Shown here piece by piece: positions 48,511-57,912 of a DNA stretch of 64,000 bases. This DNA is from an uncultured Alphaproteobacteria bacterium (lineage in GTDB: Bacteria; Pseudomonadota; Alphaproteobacteria; ATCC43930; CGMCC-115725), in the NCBI GenBank assembly GCA_963847345.1, contig CAWJZU010000008.1, positions 3,470 to 67,469 on the forward strand. The letters run 5' to 3'. Each line of letters starts with the position of its first letter. The first letter of the stretch is position 1. A model generated the notes under the pieces. It did no database searches, was not told the DNA's origin, and saw nothing but the letters and a program-made list of their open reading frames with translations. A program made the translations under genes and the position numbers.

Positions 48511-50271
48511 ATGGCTTTCCAGATCAGAGATCTAGCAGAAGTGAAGGCGTCGCCAGCCTCGGATGCCGCGACTCTGGCTATACAGGGAGGCACCCTTTTT
48601 GGCACTGGCAAACGCATGACCGACACCATCGATCCGGCAGTGGAATGGATCAATGTTTATATCCCACCAGGTATTATAGATGGCTGGGTAAAAAGCACAG
48701 AGGGGAAAGAGGTGCCCGATCCGGACCCTGCTCCCCTGGATCCGGAAATGTTCGTCCGACAATGCGCGCTTACTGATAGGAGTATGAACAACGACCCTGC
48801 AGTAACACCCAACTTCGTGAGCGCTGATTTTCTTATTGCCCGCGCCATCTTCGAAACCGGAGTGACGCAGACCGTCTTCAGCGCTCCATATTGCACAGGT
48901 CCTTTTCGATTACACCAGGACGAGTGGAACGCATTCTTGAATAGTGACCTGGAGATTCGCAAGCTGTTTAAACCTACGGACGTAATATACCCGATGGTAC
49001 AAGTTTATGCTGCTGGACACGCGATGCACGCGGCCGGCAAAGAGTTCACAGCGCTGTGGGTAGTGGCAAATCCACAAGACCGAGAGTTCGTTCCAAGCTA
49101 TCTTGATCTGTTCCATACCTATCTGTCGGATTCTTCCACTGCGGTGGCGATTCGTGCGAGTGAGCCATCAGAGCCGGAAAAGCCGCTTTCGGCGTTGGTC
49201 AAACCCGGTGTCCTGACGGCAATCGCCAGCCGTGCATCGCTGAGCCAAATCAAAGGAGATACAACGGTTCGAGAGTTCGTCACGAACACTGAAGCGCTGC
49301 TTACGTCGGCTCTCGATGCGGCATTCGACAAAATCAAGACCTTAGCACCCGACGAATTACCCAAGGCCGCTACCGCCACGGCCGGTTCGACGCCGTGGTT
49401 CGACGTGGCACGCGCGGAACTCGCGGCTAATATCACCGAGACTAGAGCACCGGACCGGATCAGAACTTATTTCAGTGCGACTGACCATGGGCCAATAGGC
49501 GGGGGGATCCCTGCCTGGTGCGGAGCGTTCGCCGCCTTCTGCATGAAGTCGAGCGCCAGCCCCGTGCCTAAAGGCGCGGCTCTGGCCGTCAACTGGAAGT
49601 CCTGGGGCTCACGCAGCCTCCCGGTTGGGTCGGATGAGATACCGGTCGGCGCTGTCGTAGTCCTCACCCCGTCGCCAGGCACAAACTCGAGCGGGCATGT
49701 TGGTTTCTTTTCTGCTTTTTCGGAAGATGGCAAACAAGTCGAACTGCTTGGAGGCAATCAGTCGAATGAAGTCAAGTTGAGTAAATTTCCAATTACTCGC
49801 GTTGCCGCCATTCGCGTTCTGGAGACGGCAGTGGCCACAGCAGGCGCCGCCAATCATTTCGACCTCACTGCCGCAAAGGTGCCGAAAGAGCGGCATAAAT
49901 GGGGAGACCTAATCGTTGATCGCTTTCAGCGAGCAGGATTTACGAAAGATCACCATCTCCGAACGGCACTAGCGAATGCCATCGCCGAATCAGGTCTCGA
50001 TCCTTCGATAAAGGCAGCCGGTACCGAGGAAAGCTATGGGCTTTTTCAGTGTAATCGACGGGGAGGCCTTGGCACCGGTTTTAGCGTCGAGGAGCTGAAA
50101 GACCCTGAAACGAATATCTCTATCATCCTTCAGGCGGCGCGCCGATCCAAAGCGTTTTGCTCTGCATCATCGCTGGATGCCGCGATGGACGCATTTGTAC
50201 GCCACGTCGAACGGCCTGCCAACCCAGATGCGGCGATAAGTAAACGCATGGGTATCGCGAACCTTCTCTGA
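48511..50271 (+). CDS. multi-domain peptidoglycan hydrolase without signal peptide (SH3b-like N-terminus, TIGR02594/CHAP-like amidase, lysozyme/SLT-like C-terminus)
   Basis: IPAWCGAFAAFCM ... SGHVGFFSAF ... LLGGNQSNEVKL (TIGR02594-type Cys/His). AIAESGLDPSIKAAGTEESYGLFQCN (E-S...GLxQ transglycosylase-like). WINVYIPPGIIDGWVKS near the N-terminus. Confidence 0.75.
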   Translation: MAFQIRDLAEVKASPASDAATLAIQGGTLFGTGKRMTDTIDPAVEWINVYIPPGIIDGWVKSTEGKEVPDPDPAPLDPEMFVRQCALTDRSMNNDPAVTPNFVSADFLIARAIFETGVTQTVFSAPYCTGPFRLHQDEWNAFLNSDLEIRKLFKPTDVIYPMVQVYAAGHAMHAAGKEFTALWVVANPQDREFVPSYLDLFHTYLSDSSTAVAIRASEPSEPEKPLSALVKPGVLTAIASRASLSQIKGDTTVREFVTNTEALLTSALDAAFDKIKTLAPDELPKAATATAGSTPWFDVARAELAANITETRAPDRIRTYFSATDHGPIGGGIPAWCGAFAAFCMKSSASPVPKGAALAVNWKSWGSRSLPVGSDEIPVGAVVVLTPSPGTNSSGHVGFFSAFSEDGKQVELLGGNQSNEVKLSKFPITRVAAIRVLETAVATAGAANHFDLTAAKVPKERHKWGDLIVDRFQRAGFTKDHHLRTALANAIAESGLDPSIKAAGTEESYGLFQCNRRGGLGTGFSVEELKDPETNISIILQAARRSKAFCSASSLDAAMDAFVRHVERPANPDAAISKRMGIANLL

Positions 50272-50373
50272 GATCCAAATAGCCGAGTAACGAGGAGCCG
50301 AAGTAACGATCTGACTGACGCTCGGTCCAGGAAATGAGATCATTCGCTCGCTCAATGTCGGATAGGTAATGCG

Positions 50374-51637
50374 ATGGTGCCTTACGAGTGGACCGGCGGC
50401 GATCTGCCGAATTTTGTCACGCATCTCGAATGCAGCATGACCGGCGAGCGCTATCGAGGCAGACCGGCTGCACGGGCTGTCGCGCGCCGGGCGGCCGTTG
50501 CTCGTGCGCTATGATCTCGACGCGGTGCGGCAGGCGCTGCCGCGCGAGGCGCTGGCCGAGCGGCCGCAGGTTCTGTGGCGGTATCGCGAATTGCTGCCGG
50601 TGCGGCGGCCGGAAAACGTGCTCTCGCTCGGCGAGGTCGTGACGCCGCTGGTGCCGTTGCCGCGCATCGCCGGGCGGCTGGCCCAGGGCGGCGAGCTGAT
50701 CGTCAAGGACGAGGGACGGCTGCCCACCGGATCGTTCAAGGCGCGCGGGCTGGCGCTCGCGGTGTCGATGGCAAAGGAACTCGGCGTCAAGCACATGGCG
50801 ATGCCGACCAACGGCAATGCCGGCTCGGCGATGGCGGCCTATTGCGCCCGCGCCGGCATGAAGGCGACCGTGTTCTGTCCCGACGACACGCCGGCGGTCA
50901 ACGTGCGCGAGATTGCGATGCAGGGCGCGCAGGTGTTTCTCGTGGACGGGCTGATCGACGATTGCGGCCGGCTCGTCGCCGAGGGTGAGAAGGAGGTTGG
51001 CTGGTTCAACTGCTCGACGCTGCGCGAGCCTTACCGCATCGAGGGCAAAAAGACGATGGGCATCGAACTGGCCGAGCAGCTCGGCTGGGAGGTGCCCGAT
51101 GTCATCTTCTACCCGACCGGCGGCGGCACCGGCATTATCGGCATGTGGAAGGCCTTCGCCGAATTGGAGGCGATCGGCTGGATCGGCAAGAAGCGGCCCC
51201 GCATGGTGGTCGTGCAGGCGGCGGGCTGCGCGCCGATGGTCAAGGCGTGGCAGGAGGGCGTCGAGCACGCGCCGCGCTGGCAGGACGCGCACACCTTCGC
51301 GGCCGGCATCAGGGTGCCGCAGGCGGTTGGCGATTTTCTGATCCTGCGCGCGGTGCGCGAAAGCGGCGGGTTCGCGACGGCGGTTGACGATGCGGAAATC
51401 GCCGACGCCTGGCGCGAGGTCGCCGCCGAAGAGGGTTTTCTCCTTTGCCCGGAGGGTGCAGCGACCTATGCGGCGTACAAGCGGGCGATGGCTGACGGGC
51501 AGGTCAGGCCCGGCGAACGCGCCGTGCTGTTCAACTGCGCGACCGGGCTCAAATACGAGATGCCCGAAGCCGGCACGCGGCTGAAGCTCGGCGAGAAGGT
51601 CGATTGGCGGCGAATGGTTGCCACCCCGCCGGGGTGA
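50374..51637 (+). pseudogene. thrC: threonine synthase-like PLP enzyme with a single +1 frameshift near the N-terminus (or a sequencing error)
   Basis: ATG at 50374 gives MVPYEWTGGDLPNFVTHLECSMTGERY, then goes out of frame. The next frame continues EADRLHGLSRAGRPLLVRYDL...TGSFKARG (PLP lysine)...; the extra base is C at 50455. Confidence 0.8.
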
Positions 51638-51648
51638 TCCGGCAGAAA

Positions 51649-53007
51649 TCAGTCCGCGGCGCGATCGATCAGGTGGATGAACGAGCCGCCGACCATGCCC
51701 CGGCAGAGCCCGGACGGGTCCACATCGACGCCGCAGGAATCCGTTGCCGCAAAGAGCGGCGCAGCGTCGCCGGCCGACACGGTCGTCGCGTAATGGAATT
51801 CGTGGCCACGGTACCTTGTGCCCGCCGTCCCGAGTGCGCCGGCGGTAAGCAGCTTTGCGTCGCGGTAACCGAGATGCAGCCGTCGCTCGGCGAAGCTGGT
51901 CGCGAGCGGCAGCAGCCCGGTCATCCGGTACGCCCGTCCATCGGCCGCGGTCAGCGTCTCGCCCAACACCATGTAGCCGCCGCACTCGCCATAGATCGCC
52001 TTGCCGTCCCGGGCGGCTCGCCCCAACCCGTCTAGAAATCGCTCGGCCGTGGCGAGCCGCCCGGCATGCAGCTCGGGATAGCCGCCGGGCAGATAGATGG
52101 CGTCGGCCGTCTGGTCCGGCGCTTCATCGGCAAGCGGCGAGAAGAAGGACAGTTCCGCCCCCGCCTCGCGCCATCCGCGCAGCACGCTCGAATAAGCGAA
52201 GACGAACGCATCGTCGCGCGCGACCGCGATATGGCGGCCGAGCGGCGGCAATTGCGGCCCCGGTGCTGGAGGCGGCTGGTTGTTCGCCGTGGGGCGCGCC
52301 AAAGCGAGCAGTGGCTCTACGTCAAGGCCGGTGGCGACGGCTTCGGCGGCGCGGACAATCGCCGCCTCGCATTGCTGCTCGCCGGCCGGAACCAGGCCGA
52401 GGTGGCGCTCGGGGAGTGTCAGCAGGGGATCCTGCAATACCACGCCGAGGCACGGCAATCCGGGCAGGTGCCGGGCCAGCGCGGCCTCCAGCGTGGCGCG
52501 ATGGCGTTCCCCGGCGACCCGGTTGAACACCACGCCGGCGAGCGGCAGCGCCGGATCGTGCTGCGCGAAACCGGCGACCAGCGCCGCGGCCGAGGCGCCC
52601 TGCCGGCGAGTATCGACGACCAGCACGACCGGCCAGCCGGTCATACGCGCCAGCGCCGCGGTCGAGCCGGCCTCGCCGTCGGGGCCCGTACCGTCGAACA
52701 GGCCCATGACGCCCTCGCACAATACGATGTCGGCCTGTGTTTCGAGGGTATCTACGAGCGCGCATAACGTAGCCTCTCGCATCGCCCAGGCATCGAGATT
52801 GAGGCAGGCGCGACCGCTCGCCGCTTCGTGGAAGGTCGGGTCGATGTAGTCGGGGCCGGCTTTGGCCGCCGCCACGCGCACTCCGCGCTCGCGCAGCAGC
52901 CGCAACAGGCCGAGCGTCAGCAGCGTCTTGCCGCTGCCCGAGGACGGTGCGGCCAGGATCAGTCCGCCGCCGTGCGGCGTCGACGCGCCCGGATTACTCG
53001 GGATCAT
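51649..53007 (-). CDS. cobB: cobyrinate a,c-diamide synthase
   Basis: ATG at 53007. ...LILAAPSSGSGKTLLTLGLLRLL... (CbiA ATPase P-loop) and a C-terminal GATase1-like domain (IYGECGGYMVLG). Confidence 0.88.
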   Translation of the reverse strand: MIPSNPGASTPHGGGLILAAPSSGSGKTLLTLGLLRLLRERGVRVAAAKAGPDYIDPTFHEAASGRACLNLDAWAMREATLCALVDTLETQADIVLCEGVMGLFDGTGPDGEAGSTAALARMTGWPVVLVVDTRRQGASAAALVAGFAQHDPALPLAGVVFNRVAGERHRATLEAALARHLPGLPCLGVVLQDPLLTLPERHLGLVPAGEQQCEAAIVRAAEAVATGLDVEPLLALARPTANNQPPPAPGPQLPPLGRHIAVARDDAFVFAYSSVLRGWREAGAELSFFSPLADEAPDQTADAIYLPGGYPELHAGRLATAERFLDGLGRAARDGKAIYGECGGYMVLGETLTAADGRAYRMTGLLPLATSFAERRLHLGYRDAKLLTAGALGTAGTRYRGHEFHYATTVSAGDAAPLFAATDSCGVDVDPSGLCRGMVGGSFIHLIDRAAD

Positions 53008-54272
53008 GAGGGTGCGGCTCCGCCGGTCAGCGCCCGCCAATAAGCCGCAACAGCTTCCGCCGGATCGCCGCGCGCCGCTAGCTCTAGCTTTTGCTGCCGC
53101 AGTGCCGCCGGATCGAGTTGCTCACAGCGCAGCAGCGCGAGGCGCGCCTCCTCGGTCCGGCCCTGTCGCAGCAGCGCCTCGCCGAGGAAGAGATGCCATT
53201 CGGCGACGTCCGGAGCGAGCGCGACGGCTCGCCGGTAGGCGATTTCGGAACCAGCGATGTCACCTGTTTCTTTCAGCGCATGGCCGTACTGGACCCACAC
53301 CGCCGGCGCGTCCGGAACCCGCCGCAGCGCTTTGCGGTAAAGCCGGGCCGCGCGCGGCCAGTCACCCGCACGGCTCGCCCGGCCGATGCGCTGCCATATC
53401 GGCGCGATGAATTGATCCGCCATTACCGCGCGGACGAGATCGCGCATCCCGAGCCCGTCGGCGGCACCAGCTCGCCACGGTGGAGGCACTGTGCCGGCGG
53501 TGTCGAACCCCGCCTCTCGCCAGCCCTGCCAGAGCGCGTCGTGGATGGGGTTCTTCGCCAGAATTGCCCGGAGGGTCGTGTCGGAGAGGTCTTCGACGCG
53601 GAGCGGCCGCCACGGGACCCGCTGCCGCCATTCCGCCGTCGTGTTTTTTTGCGGCGCGGTCGTCGGAATGCCGAGATCGCAGGCGACCGCGGCAAGTAGG
53701 CGGTCGCCGTCCTCATAGCTTCCGACAAACCAGAAGCCGGATAGGGCCTCGTTCAGCAGCTCATATTTCCGCGCGTTGCCGGTCGTCAGAAAGGTGCGGA
53801 GCGGCATTTCCAGCCAGTACCATAGCAGCAGAAGCGGCACGAGGTCGCGCGGCTGAACGCTAAGATGCCGCTCGAAATCGCAGGTTGGGCCACCACGCGA
53901 CAGCGAAAACATCATGCGGTGATTGTAGTAAGAGACGTGAAACCCGACCGGGTCGCGCAACAGCAACGTTCGGCGGATCTCGCGACCCGGGAAACGGCGT
54001 TCGAGCGAGCGCCCGAGATAATGCCCAGTGACCGCGCGCACCCGACGGAAGTCGGAACCCTCGTCGAGGCGAAACCGGCATTGGCCGAGCATTTGCAGCG
54101 GCGCAGGACGCAACGCCGCGCGGACCTGGTCGCCGAGATGCGCTTTCAGATGCGCCGCGATCGTGTTGCCGCCGGTTCGCGGCATGTGAAGCAGGAAATA
54201 TATCGGCAACGCGGACCCGGCGCGTGACGCCAGAACCTCTCCCGAGCGGAGCGTGCGGCGCGTTGTGTCCAT
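53004..54272 (-). CDS. sulfotransferase-family domain fused to C-terminal TPR repeats
   Basis: ATG at 54272 (MDTTRRTL). FLLHMPRTGGNTI resembles the PAPS-binding loop (hxPKTGGTx) of the sulfotransferase family. C-terminal TPR-like helices (AVWVQYGHALKETGDIAGSEIAYRRAVALAPD...). ATGA overlap with cobB. Confidence 0.6.
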   Translation of the reverse strand: MDTTRRTLRSGEVLASRAGSALPIYFLLHMPRTGGNTIAAHLKAHLGDQVRAALRPAPLQMLGQCRFRLDEGSDFRRVRAVTGHYLGRSLERRFPGREIRRTLLLRDPVGFHVSYYNHRMMFSLSRGGPTCDFERHLSVQPRDLVPLLLLWYWLEMPLRTFLTTGNARKYELLNEALSGFWFVGSYEDGDRLLAAVACDLGIPTTAPQKNTTAEWRQRVPWRPLRVEDLSDTTLRAILAKNPIHDALWQGWREAGFDTAGTVPPPWRAGAADGLGMRDLVRAVMADQFIAPIWQRIGRASRAGDWPRAARLYRKALRRVPDAPAVWVQYGHALKETGDIAGSEIAYRRAVALAPDVAEWHLFLGEALLRQGRTEEARLALLRCEQLDPAALRQQKLELAARGDPAEAVAAYWRALTGGAAPS

Positions 54273-54461
54273 AACCGCCACCGTTACTCTGCCCCTGCCA
54301 TCACCAGCCGCGCGCAATCCCGGTGGTATTGAACCGTCCGTCGCACCTCCCGGCAAGCACGTCTCGAGCGGAGCGTATGCCGCGCGAACCCAGGCAACCT
54401 CGAATTTACCCGCAACATGCCCCGTGTTATCGTCAACGGCCTTCTTACAGGATTCTGCCAG

Positions 54462-55490
54462 ATGATCGGGATCGCGACGCGCATTGCATGGGTGTTGGCG
54501 CTCACATTGAGTTTGGGATTGGCGCCGGCATGGGCCGGGCCGACCCTCGACAAGATCAAGCAGGCGGGGACGGTCGTCTGCGGCGTCAATACGGGGCTTG
54601 CCGGTTTCGGACAGCCGGACAGCCAGGGACGCTATTCCGGGTTCGATGTCGATATCTGCAAGGCGATCGCGGCCGCGGTGCTCGGCGATCCGGACAAGGT
54701 CAAATACGTGCCGTTGACGGCGCAGCAGCGCTTCACGGCGCTGCAATCGGGCGAGGTCGATGTCCTGTCACGCAACACGACCGACACGTTGCAGCGCGAC
54801 GCGGAGCTTGGCCTGAATTTCGCGCCGGTCGTGTTCTACGACGGCCAGGGCTTCATGGTGCCGAAAAAACTCGGCGTCAAAAGCGCCAAGGAGCTGAACG
54901 GCGCGACCATCTGCGTCCAGCCCGGCACGACCACCGAACTTAACCTGGCCGACTACTTCCGCGCAAACAACATGCAGTTCAAGCCGCTCGTCATCGAAAA
55001 ACTCGACGAGGTCGTGGCCGCTTATCTATCCGGGCGCTGCGACGTCTTCACCACCGACCGTTCGGGTCTTGCCGCGATTCGCACCGGGCGGACGCCCAAC
55101 CCCGACGAGCATATCATTCTGCCCGAGGTCATCTCGAAGGAGCCGCTGGCGCCGGCGGTGCGTCAGGGCGACGACCAATGGGGCGACATTGTGCGCTGGG
55201 TCGTCTATGCGCTGATCCAGGCCGAGGAGAAGGGCATTGCGTCGCAAAATGTGGACGAGAAGCTGAAGAGCGAGGATCCCGATGTGAAGCGGATGCTGGG
55301 CGCCACGCCCGGCATGGGCAAGGCGCTCGGTCTCGACGAGAAATGGGCCTACAACGCGGTCAAGTCGGTCGGCAATTACGGCCAGATCTTCGAGCGCAAT
55401 GTCGGGAAGGATTCGCCGCTGAAGCTGGATCGCGGCCTCAACGATCTGTGGACGCGCGGCGGCCTGATGTACGCGATGCCGATCCGCTGA
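54462..55490 (+). CDS. aapJ: general L-amino acid ABC transporter substrate-binding protein AapJ
   Basis: ATG at 54462 gives a signal peptide. Long collinear similarity to Rhizobium AapJ as I recall it (CGVNTGLAGF..GFDVD.CKA...KVKYVPLTAQQRFTALQSGEVDVLSRNTT...ICVQPGTTTELNLADYF...DEHIILPEVISKEPLAPAVRQGDDQW). Confidence 0.9.
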   Translation: MIGIATRIAWVLALTLSLGLAPAWAGPTLDKIKQAGTVVCGVNTGLAGFGQPDSQGRYSGFDVDICKAIAAAVLGDPDKVKYVPLTAQQRFTALQSGEVDVLSRNTTDTLQRDAELGLNFAPVVFYDGQGFMVPKKLGVKSAKELNGATICVQPGTTTELNLADYFRANNMQFKPLVIEKLDEVVAAYLSGRCDVFTTDRSGLAAIRTGRTPNPDEHIILPEVISKEPLAPAVRQGDDQWGDIVRWVVYALIQAEEKGIASQNVDEKLKSEDPDVKRMLGATPGMGKALGLDEKWAYNAVKSVGNYGQIFERNVGKDSPLKLDRGLNDLWTRGGLMYAMPIR

Positions 55491-55500
55491 CGCTGCGATC

Positions 55501-56691
55501 GTGGCCGATTACGCGGCAAACGAGCAATCGCGGCCGAAGCGGCCGCCGCCCTGGCACGATCCGGTCGTACGCGGCGTCGTCATCCAGGTGTTGTTCGTCG
55601 CCGCCGTGCTCGCGCTCGGCGCGTTTCTCGTCCGCAACACGCTGGAGAATTTGAGCCGGCAGAACATCGCGACCGGGTTCGGCTTTCTCGATCGCGAAGC
55701 CGGGTTCAGCATCGGCGAGCACCTGATCCCGTATTCGCCGGCCGATACCTACGCGCGGGCGTTTCTTGTCGGGCTGACCAACACGCTTTATGTCGCCGCG
55801 CTCGGCATCGTGCTGGCAACCGTACTTGGCACGCTGATCGGTCTGGCGCGGCTCTCGACGAACTGGCTCGTCGCCAAGCTGGCGCAGATCTATGTCGAGA
55901 CCTTCCGCAATATCCCGCTGGCGCTGCAGCTGTTCTTCTGGTGGGGGCTGCTGCGCGGCTACGCGCCGCTGCCGCGGCAGGCCTGGCAGCCGCTGCCGGA
56001 TGTGTTCGTCAGTAATCGCGGCCTGGTATTCCCGCTGCCCTATGGCGACCCGGCGTATTGGTGGATGCTCGCCGCGTTTGTCCTTGGGATCGCGGGCGCA
56101 TCGGGCCTCGCGCGCTGGGCGCGGCTGCGGCAGGCGCGCACCGGGCAGTCGTTTCCGGCCGGCTGGGTTGGGCTCGGCCTGGTCCTCGGCCTGCCGGCAA
56201 TCGTGTTCATAGCGGCGGGATCGCCGCTGCGGCTCGCCGTGCCGGAGCTACGCGGCTTCAATTTCGCCGGCGGCGGCGCGGCGTCGCCCGAATTCGCCGC
56301 GCTGCTGCTCGGATTGGTGGTCTACACGGGCGCGTTCATCGCCGAGATCGTGCGCGCCGGTATTCTCGCGGTCAGCTGGGGACAGAGCGAGGCGGCGATG
56401 GCGCTGGGGCTGCGGCCGTCGCAACGCATGCGGCTGATCGTGCTGCCACAAGCGCTGCGCGTTATCGTGCCGCCGATGACGAACCAGTACCTGAACCTGA
56501 CAAAGAACAGTTCTCTCGCCGTCATCATCGGCTATCCCGATCTGGTGTCGATCGCGAACACGACGATCAACCAGACCGGGCAGGCGGTCGAGGGAATCGC
56601 GATGATCATGGCCGTCTATCTCGCGATCAGCCTCCTGATCTCGCTGCTGATGAATTGGTACAACCGCTCCGTCGCGCTGGTGGAGCGGTGA
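55501..56691 (+). CDS. aapQ: general L-amino acid ABC transporter permease AapQ
   Basis: 396-aa polytopic protein with GTG start. EAA-type loop (GQSEAAMALGLRPSQRMRLIVLPQA). Confidence 0.85.
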   Translation: MADYAANEQSRPKRPPPWHDPVVRGVVIQVLFVAAVLALGAFLVRNTLENLSRQNIATGFGFLDREAGFSIGEHLIPYSPADTYARAFLVGLTNTLYVAALGIVLATVLGTLIGLARLSTNWLVAKLAQIYVETFRNIPLALQLFFWWGLLRGYAPLPRQAWQPLPDVFVSNRGLVFPLPYGDPAYWWMLAAFVLGIAGASGLARWARLRQARTGQSFPAGWVGLGLVLGLPAIVFIAAGSPLRLAVPELRGFNFAGGGAASPEFAALLLGLVVYTGAFIAEIVRAGILAVSWGQSEAAMALGLRPSQRMRLIVLPQALRVIVPPMTNQYLNLTKNSSLAVIIGYPDLVSIANTTINQTGQAVEGIAMIMAVYLAISLLISLLMNWYNRSVALVER

Positions 56692-56713
56692 GGCGGTTGG
56701 GCGCGGTTCTCGA

Positions 56714-57829
56714 ATGACCGACATCGCAGAGCCCACCCCGATCGTCGCCGAACGACGGCGCCCGCCAAGCCGCGGCGCGATCGAATGGCTGCGGATCAAC
56801 CTGTTCGGCGGCGTCTTCAATACGCTGCTGACGCTGCTCGCGCTTTACCTGCTGGCCGTGACGATCCCGCCTTTCGTCCGATGGGCGTTCATCGACGCGG
56901 TGTGGAGCGCGCCCAACGGACAGGCCTGCCGCGGCCCCGGCGGCGAGGAAGTCGGCGCCTGCTGGGCGTTTATCGGCGAGAAGCTGCGCTTCATCCTGTT
57001 CGGCCGCTACCCGTACCAGGAGCAATGGCGGCCCTTGGCTGTCGTCGTGATCTTCGTTGCGATGATCGCGGCGAGCTGCGATCGGCGTGTCTGGGGACGC
57101 AAACTGCTGCTGATCTGGCTCGTTGGGCTCGGCGCTGTCGGCGTGCTGATGTGGGGCGGCGTGTTCGGCCTGCCTTTTGTCGAGACGCTGCTGTGGAGCG
57201 GGCTGCCGCTGACGCTGATCCTTGCCGTGGTCGGGATGGCGGCGGGCTTTCCGCTCGGCGTCGCGCTGGCGCTCGGGCGGCGCTCGGAGCTGCCTGCGGT
57301 GCGCGCGATCTGCGTCGCCTATATTGAACTGGTGCGCGGCGTGCCGCTGATCACGGTCCTGTTCATGGCGTCGGTCATGCTGCCGCTATTCCTGCCGACC
57401 GGCATGACGATCGACAAGCTGTTGCGCGCGCAGGTCGCGTTCATCCTGTTCAGCGCAGCCTATCTCGCCGAAATCGTGCGCGGCGGCTTGCAGGCGATCC
57501 CGAAGGGCCAGATCGAGGCGGCCGATTCGCTCGGGCTCGGCTATTGGCAGCGCACCAGGCTGATCGTGCTGCCGCAGGCGCTGTCGCTGGTGATCCCGCC
57601 GCTGGTCAATACCTTCATCGGAACGTTCAAGGACACCTCGCTCGTCATCATCATCGGCCTGTTCGACCTGCTCGGCACGGTCAACGCCGCGCTGGCCGAC
57701 CCGGAATGGCAGGGCTTCAGCGCCGAAGCCTATATTTTTTCCGGCGCTATCTATTTCGCATTCTGCTTTTTCATGTCGCGCTACAGCGTCATGCTGGAAC
57801 GCGAGTTCAACCGCAGCCATCACCGCTGA
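56714..57829 (+). CDS. aapM: general L-amino acid ABC transporter permease AapM
   Basis: 371-aa polytopic protein. GQIEAADSLGLGYWQRTRLIVLPQA loop. Confidence 0.85.
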   Translation: MTDIAEPTPIVAERRRPPSRGAIEWLRINLFGGVFNTLLTLLALYLLAVTIPPFVRWAFIDAVWSAPNGQACRGPGGEEVGACWAFIGEKLRFILFGRYPYQEQWRPLAVVVIFVAMIAASCDRRVWGRKLLLIWLVGLGAVGVLMWGGVFGLPFVETLLWSGLPLTLILAVVGMAAGFPLGVALALGRRSELPAVRAICVAYIELVRGVPLITVLFMASVMLPLFLPTGMTIDKLLRAQVAFILFSAAYLAEIVRGGLQAIPKGQIEAADSLGLGYWQRTRLIVLPQALSLVIPPLVNTFIGTFKDTSLVIIIGLFDLLGTVNAALADPEWQGFSAEAYIFSGAIYFAFCFFMSRYSVMLEREFNRSHHR

Positions 57830-57912
57830 GCCGGTGTGCCCTGCGTTGGGGTTCCCCTCCGCCGCGGCTTCCGGTTAAATCGGAGGGACGGAACGGAGTG
57901 GCAGGGCGCGCA

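Noticed and set aside
30445-50458. Programmed ribosomal frameshifting at the rluC and thrC-like shift sites
   Set aside because: There is no slippery heptamer (X XXY YYZ) or obvious downstream stimulatory structure at either site, and neither protein family is known to use recoding.
50417-51985. 522-aa minus-strand ORF
   Set aside because: Antisense to the threonine-synthase-like gene and the cobB 3' end; shadow ORF.
54273-54461. Possible cobalamin riboswitch ahead of the sulfotransferase-cobB pair
   Set aside because: I could not find a B12-box (GCCACTG-like) or the conserved GGTG/GGGAA core on the relevant strand. A covariance-model scan would settle it.
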